DNA of 62,566 nucleotides, filler included. It is 6 parts of 6 records of this genome, joined end to end, with 100 filler letters (N's around TTAATTAATTAA, not from the genome) between each part and the next. Parts side by side here need not be neighbours in the genome. Positions count along the whole stretch, not along the records: positions 57,463 to 62,566 come from SRR20825019_466; 5 more parts are not named here. One strand, given 5' to 3'. Of this stretch, positions 57,614-62,566 are shown piece after piece (position 1 is the first letter of the stretch; the number at the start of each line of letters is the position of its first letter). The position numbers and the translations under genes are program-made. The notes beneath the pieces are model-generated. The model was not told the DNA's origin. It made no database searches and saw nothing but the letters and a program-made list of their open reading frames with translations.

Positions 57614-60600
57614 ATGTCGAAGCGTGATCGTGATGGATCCTCAGCGGCCATGCCCACTGATATTAACTGTGAGGAGTGCAAGACGATGCTGCAGCGTATG
57701 GTTACCCGCTCCCGTGGTGATTGGCCTTCCCCCACCGATCTGACCAAGAAGGTGGAACAGGCTGCCGAGTTCCAGAAGACGAATGCTGCCGAGGATGGAC
57801 AAATTCCCTTCATGTCTCCCCTTGCAGAGCTCCTCTACCTCCACCACGACCGTCCCCATAAGGACTGCCGGTACGAGTGGTGGTACGTCAACGGGGCCCT
57901 TGGTCGCTCAAAGAAGGATCCCAGGGTGAAGTACAGCTTCTTTGCTGCCTTCTTCCGTCTTAACGCACTTGGGGATACCTACTGCCATGCCCTGAACTGG
58001 GCACTGGTTGAGGAGCGCTTTGAGGTGGACCCCCAGACTGGTGCCGAGAAGGCCGTCCCTGGTACGTCTCGCTACCACACCTCATCCCTTATGGACCCCA
58101 TCACCCCTACCCTGCTGTTGGGCATGATGAAGGCTGGCCTCCTAAAGTCCCCCGACGAGCACCTCACCCGCCAGCTCCGTCAGATCTATGAGGATGACTG
58201 TGTGCCTGCCCCTGATTATCTCATGCAGGGCCGCCCTCAGGCATTCCCTGACCCCTACAGCTTCTGCCCCTCCCCCCTCCTTGATGACCGCATCTCATCA
58301 GCATGCACCCCTCATGACGACACCGCCGCCGTCGCATCCCCTACGCTGGATAACGCTAAGTTTGGTGCCAACAAGGGTCCCATTACCCTGCTTCACCTTG
58401 ACATGGATGGCAACTCCCTTAAGTCCGTTGTTGATCTCTCCAAGGAGTGCCCCACCACCAAAGCCGTCAAGCCCCCTGTGTACCACCTCCACCTTGGCGG
58501 TGAGACCATCAGCTCCACTCCCGAGGGAAACAAGGAGAAGTCCAAGATTACTTTGGAGGTTAGCTACACCCCAGGTACCACCTCCCCCGTCCTACACGGC
58601 CGCAATGGTGTCGTATCGGTTGGCAGTATGACCGAGGATGACATGTTCTACTACTTCACCCCCCAGTGCCATCAGCTGCAGAACCTCTCCGGGGATGCCG
58701 CTGTCAAGTCTACTATCCTCACCATCGATGGAAACACCATTGAGTTGATGACCACCGATGAGGAGAAGGCCTACCTTGAGAGAACCTACACCAACCCTGC
58801 CGTCCGCCCCGCTGCCTCCAACGTCATTTGGATGGATCATGAGTTTGGTGCCGCCATCTCTGAGACACCCCTCGAGCATGCCCTGCTAGAGGCCCGCAAA
58901 GAGCACTATATGAACAACCTCGAGCATCAGTGGGAGTGGGCAGCATTGCAGCTAGAGGGCCTGGGCTCCATTAGCCTCACCGTACTAAAGGATGCTGCTA
59001 CTGGTGCTATAAACGACATGTTTGGCATCTTCCAGCCCGCCCCTGGTACTGCCGCCGATGGTAAGCTTTGGGAGACGTTCCACGTGAACCTCGACACCAT
59101 CAAGGACGAGAACGCCCCCCAGCCCATCAAGTTCAAGTCTAACGAGTCCGTCCCCACCTTCACATCACTCGATACCGGCAAGAAGTTCCCCAATGCTTGG
59201 ACCGCCGAGCTCCCTGACTTTAAGTTCAAGACTGCTGCTGGGGAGTTTGAGGGCCTTTCCTTCACCATTAAGGCCACCTTTGCCAGCCAGGAGTTCATTA
59301 CCCTGCCCGCTAAGCCCAGCTACTGGGAGGGTCGTATCACCGTGGATGCTTCACCCAACAAGGTGATCAGTGGTGCTACCACTGCCATCCGTGGCACCGG
59401 CTTCATGGAGTGCCACGGCCATGTGGACACCATGGGTATGGAACAGCTTTTCATGATCACCAAGATGATGATGTTCGACCCTGTCAAGATGGCCCCCAAG
59501 CCCTCCGCATTCGTCGACGAGCTTTCCCGCGAGCAGAAGCTTGCCCTGGCTAAGACCCGCCATTCCATCCTCAAGAAAAACAACGCCGCCCCCACTATGT
59601 CCCAGATTCAGATCCCAGAGGATGTGGCTGAGAGCTTCTTCGATGTGCTCTTCGCTGGTGTCGCTGGTGATGACCTTACCCAACCTGGACACAACGCCAT
59701 CAACACCCTTAATACCGCCCTCGTTGCCCAGCATCGTGTCTCCGCCGCTTTTGAGGCCAATATCCTTCCCCTCGTTCGCCCCACCATCCAGATGACCATG
59801 ATGATGGTTCCCGGCCCCAAGCCCCCCGCGGAGCACGTCGAGTTCCTCTGCAAGGCCGTTGCTGTCTACAGCTTCCTGCACCACTACTACGGCCCTGCCC
59901 TCACCCGGAAGGGAGAGGATGCTAGCCGCCCCCTCGTTGTGGCAGTAGCGGAGCGTGATGTGATTGAGCGTGCCGCCTCTGTTGGCGGTGAGAGCAGCGG
60001 TTCTACCAGCTCCGCCATCGTTGGAAATGAAGAGGAGGCACTAGCCACCTATCAGATCAAGCGGGACCTCCTTTGGGCCGACGTTGCCCTCGGATGGTTG
60101 ATGCGTGAGAAGCGTTTCCTACTCACCGGTACCAGCGGTTCCCACCGTATGAGCGGCACTGATGCCGCCAAGCGTAACATCAACCCCTTCAAGGATGCCC
60201 CTGCTGCTCCCACCAGTGCCAAGGCGGAGGTAGACAGGGACTCCATTCTGGGCCCCATGCCCCCTCGGGCTGGTCCCAAGGAAACCATCCTGTGCGCACT
60301 TGTAGAGAGGGCCCTGGAGATGTTGGTTACTGAGCATGAGCAGGCCTTCTTTTCCCAGTCCGGAACCTCCCTCGTCAAGTCATACCCCTTCCTCTTATCG
60401 AAGCGTCACTTCCACCCTATCAAGGAGGTCACCACCGCTGCCCCTACCCCTGCCGCCGCTGCCCCCAAAAAGAGCCAACCATCCCCTGCTCTTAAGCCCA
60501 GCTCCACCCCCGCCCCACCCTCGGCCCTGAGCAACCAGTCATCTGCGACCACTGTGGCCCCTCGTGTCGTGCTCACCATCCCCGAGGTGGAGGACGGCTT

Positions 60601-61192
60601 TGACAAGGGCACTCTGACCCTCCCCGTCCCTACCGATGCTGCCCTACTCATGTCCGCCACCGACGACGAGATCCAGCACCTAAAGCATGATTTCTCCGGA
60701 ATGTGGTCAAAGAGCAAGGTACTAGGAAAGTCTGAGAGCATCAGCGGTTTCCTCAGCCACCAGGGTGTCTCTCTGACCATCCGCATGCTCACCGCCAGCC
60801 TCACCCCCGACCTCGATACCTACGTTGACCTTGAGTCCAAGTGTGTCAGCACCAAGATCATTACCACCATGGTGTGCCTTGACATCCTCACTCACGTCAA
60901 TGGTGATGAGTATACCTACAAGTCTAGCGGACGTGGTATCATGAAGTGCCATGCCTGTGTCTTCGACAACAGCGCCAACGCTAAGAAGGGAGGGGGAAAG
61001 GTTGGTCTCGTAGCGGCCGCGATTGTTCCCACCGCCCCCGGAGGAATTGAGTTTAAGTACTGCTCGATGGTTGACTGCAAGGAGCCCATTATGCGGGAGG
61101 TGTTGGTATACTACAATCAGGAGCTGGTTGATAAGAAGGATTTCAGCAAGCCCACCGCCACCTACCGCCAGTACTTCACCAAGAAGCAATAA
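57614..61192 (+). CDS. Eukaryotic 1192-aa protein: AttH/CrtC-like lipocalin double barrel, unknown middle region, FABP/lipocalin-like C-terminus
   Basis: Intronless ORF with strong C-ending codon bias; DRPH..EWWYVN, FFAAFFR, DMFYYF, WMDHEFG, WEW..LQL, YWEG, GFME; C-terminal DFSGMW..SESISGFL..QGV...IR. Confidence 0.8.
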   Translation: MSKRDRDGSSAAMPTDINCEECKTMLQRMVTRSRGDWPSPTDLTKKVEQAAEFQKTNAAEDGQIPFMSPLAELLYLHHDRPHKDCRYEWWYVNGALGRSKKDPRVKYSFFAAFFRLNALGDTYCHALNWALVEERFEVDPQTGAEKAVPGTSRYHTSSLMDPITPTLLLGMMKAGLLKSPDEHLTRQLRQIYEDDCVPAPDYLMQGRPQAFPDPYSFCPSPLLDDRISSACTPHDDTAAVASPTLDNAKFGANKGPITLLHLDMDGNSLKSVVDLSKECPTTKAVKPPVYHLHLGGETISSTPEGNKEKSKITLEVSYTPGTTSPVLHGRNGVVSVGSMTEDDMFYYFTPQCHQLQNLSGDAAVKSTILTIDGNTIELMTTDEEKAYLERTYTNPAVRPAASNVIWMDHEFGAAISETPLEHALLEARKEHYMNNLEHQWEWAALQLEGLGSISLTVLKDAATGAINDMFGIFQPAPGTAADGKLWETFHVNLDTIKDENAPQPIKFKSNESVPTFTSLDTGKKFPNAWTAELPDFKFKTAAGEFEGLSFTIKATFASQEFITLPAKPSYWEGRITVDASPNKVISGATTAIRGTGFMECHGHVDTMGMEQLFMITKMMMFDPVKMAPKPSAFVDELSREQKLALAKTRHSILKKNNAAPTMSQIQIPEDVAESFFDVLFAGVAGDDLTQPGHNAINTLNTALVAQHRVSAAFEANILPLVRPTIQMTMMMVPGPKPPAEHVEFLCKAVAVYSFLHHYYGPALTRKGEDASRPLVVAVAERDVIERAASVGGESSGSTSSAIVGNEEEALATYQIKRDLLWADVALGWLMREKRFLLTGTSGSHRMSGTDAAKRNINPFKDAPAAPTSAKAEVDRDSILGPMPPRAGPKETILCALVERALEMLVTEHEQAFFSQSGTSLVKSYPFLLSKRHFHPIKEVTTAAPTPAAAAPKKSQPSPALKPSSTPAPPSALSNQSSATTVAPRVVLTIPEVEDGFDKGTLTLPVPTDAALLMSATDDEIQHLKHDFSGMWSKSKVLGKSESISGFLSHQGVSLTIRMLTASLTPDLDTYVDLESKCVSTKIITTMVCLDILTHVNGDEYTYKSSGRGIMKCHACVFDNSANAKKGGGKVGLVAAAIVPTAPGGIEFKYCSMVDCKEPIMREVLVYYNQELVDKKDFSKPTATYRQYFTKKQ

Positions 61193-61212
61193 TCCTCCCT
61201 CCAACTGCCTAC

Positions 61213-61228
61213 CACACACACACACACA
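61213..61228 (+). repeat. (CA)8 microsatellite in the 3' UTR
   Basis: CACACACACACACACA. Confidence 0.9.
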
Positions 61229-61756
61229 GAATCACTAACTACTACTTAAACCCCCACAATATATATATCAAAGAAAGAAAATATATGCGAGTGTTCAAAA
61301 ATGAGAAGAGGGAGTGGAGAGAAAGGAGAAGTTATGATGGTGTCATATTCATACTGGTGATGAAGATGATGAAAGGGATTTGATACCTCTCATACTCTCT
61401 CAACAACACATGCACCACATAAAATTCAAACCTCCTCCGCCACAACAATTCCCATATCGAATCCCCTCAGGATGACGACGATAATGATTGACGTATTGGA
61501 GAAAGATGATGTCGATGATCTCGTCGTCCCACGACGCTATTACTATTATTATTATTACATAATATACTACAGTATTTGACTTGCGACTAATGCCCCACAT
61601 GGGATAGGGGATACATTCAATCATCTCAACTGTCAGATATTAATGCGTCTAGTATCGACTTATTAAAACTTATACATCTCTTGTTTTTTGCTATCACCTC
61701 TGAATATTTGTTTTTTGAGTAATTCGTATTTGACTTTAAACGTCCTTCCCCCCACA

Positions 61757-61776
61757 TTACTTTCCTTCTTCTCAAG
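61757..61776 (+). promoter_or_regulatory. Polypyrimidine tract plus AG, candidate (trans-)splice acceptor
   Basis: TTACTTTCCTTCTTCTCAAG ending 25 nt before ATG 61802. Confidence 0.55.
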
Positions 61777-61801
61777 CCATTACAAGACTCGTGTATTCGT
61801 A

Positions 61802-62566
61802 ATGGATTCGTTTTTATTTAAAAGCGGTATGTCGGGTAGATGGTCTCGAGTGATCTCTAGGCCACTCCCCAACGGTGGGTTGGTAGACGATACCAGTGTT
61901 GGTGCAGGAGGAGGCCTGCAAATCAATCGGTTAGATGTTGAGGTACCCATGGAACTACAGGCCGAAATAAGAGGGGAGATACTATGTTTCCTTTCTACCC
62001 TACTTCGTAAACATATGGTAGTGGGAAGGGTAGAGCTACCCCTATCACCATCGTCATCTCCCTCCGCCCATCCTATCAACCAATCGGCCCAGGGGATACT
62101 CCAAGATGTGGTATCGAGTATTCAGGCATGTACTACTGCTACTACGTTAAACAAGGGAAGTGGGGGAGCACCGCTGCCACCCATCGATCGATGGACAGCA
62201 GTACTGGGACTTCTCGTTGCAACCAGTCTCGATGAAGCTGCACAGGATCAACATGCTACCCTATCATCTTTACTTCCTGCTGCATTGTGGAGAGCTTTGT
62301 ACACATCGTGGACAGGAGAGGGTATTGTTGTTGGTAGCGATTCCTCTAATACACCATCATCATCATCCTCCTCTGTTGTTACCCTCGATATCCTCCGTAG
62401 GAACCCCATCACTACCAACTATGAACAATTTGTATCTACTGCCCAGAGGAGTGAGGGATGGGCCAAGATGGGCTGGATGAAGGTCCCCGAGGACAGAGCA
62501 CCCCCTCTTACAATTGATCAAGTGGTCAAACTCCTAGAGGAGGACTTATGTATTTCTGATAGCACC
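61802..62566 (+). CDS. Hypothetical eukaryotic protein, 5' part (absent from ORF track; open to window end)
   Basis: 255 stop-free codons MDSFLFKSGMSGRWSRVISR...VKLLEEDLCISDST. Confidence 0.7.
   Translation, partial: MDSFLFKSGMSGRWSRVISRPLPNGGLVDDTSVGAGGGLQINRLDVEVPMELQAEIRGEILCFLSTLLRKHMVVGRVELPLSPSSSPSAHPINQSAQGILQDVVSSIQACTTATTLNKGSGGAPLPPIDRWTAVLGLLVATSLDEAAQDQHATLSSLLPAALWRALYTSWTGEGIVVGSDSSNTPSSSSSSVVTLDILRRNPITTNYEQFVSTAQRSEGWAKMGWMKVPEDRAPPLTIDQVVKLLEEDLCISDST

Noticed and set aside
61780-62480. ORFs 61780-62079 (-) and 62160-62480 (+, His run)
   Set aside because: Alternative frames of the longer open frame starting at 61802; the His run is the poly-Ser tract read out of frame

Overview
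This window is not one locus. It is six unrelated contigs joined by five artificial 100-bp spacers (N44-TTAATTAATTAA-N44), so gene context must not be read across spacers. Contig 1 (1-12009, GC-rich alphaproteobacterium): 5' part of phoX with a Pho box, an MlrC/TRAP/RpiR/aminotransferase catabolic operon, and a permease-fused histidine kinase followed by a REC-kinase. Contig 2 (12110-30832, Rhizobiaceae-like): the start of a gene-transfer-agent (GTA)-like head-packaging cluster (small and large terminase, portal, prohead protease) interrupted by a Dabb gene. It also carries a branched-chain-type ABC importer, sufE, a split gafA/gafYZ-like activator pair, mucR and mrp antiporter genes. The GTA promoter and the gafYZ promoter share a palindromic TAGGAA-N4-TTCCTA-like motif, and two intrinsic terminators sit in the GTA transcript, which suggests a complete repressor/anti-terminator circuit. 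Contig 3 (30933-39634): LysR, DUF1007 plus His-rich Ni/Co transporter, ubiVUT-ubiD with an FNR-like box, GNAT, eda. Contig 4 (39735-49740): amt, ArsB/NhaD permease, mscS, clcA and an aspT-like remnant (possible acid/ion-stress island), a 17-bp perfect inverted repeat, and a nickel ABC importer behind a perfect NikR operator. Contig 5 (49841-57362, probably Verrucomicrobia/Opitutae-like): GH38 mannosidase, lipase-maturation-factor/Sel1 fusion, AmpG-like MFS, atypical LuxR regulator. Contig 6 (57463-62566): eukaryotic, kinetoplastid-like DNA with an intronless 1192-aa AttH/CrtC-lipocalin multidomain protein and a second tandem ORF. No rRNA, tRNA, CRISPR array or IS element was recognised. All family calls come from motif recognition by eye; no database searches were run.
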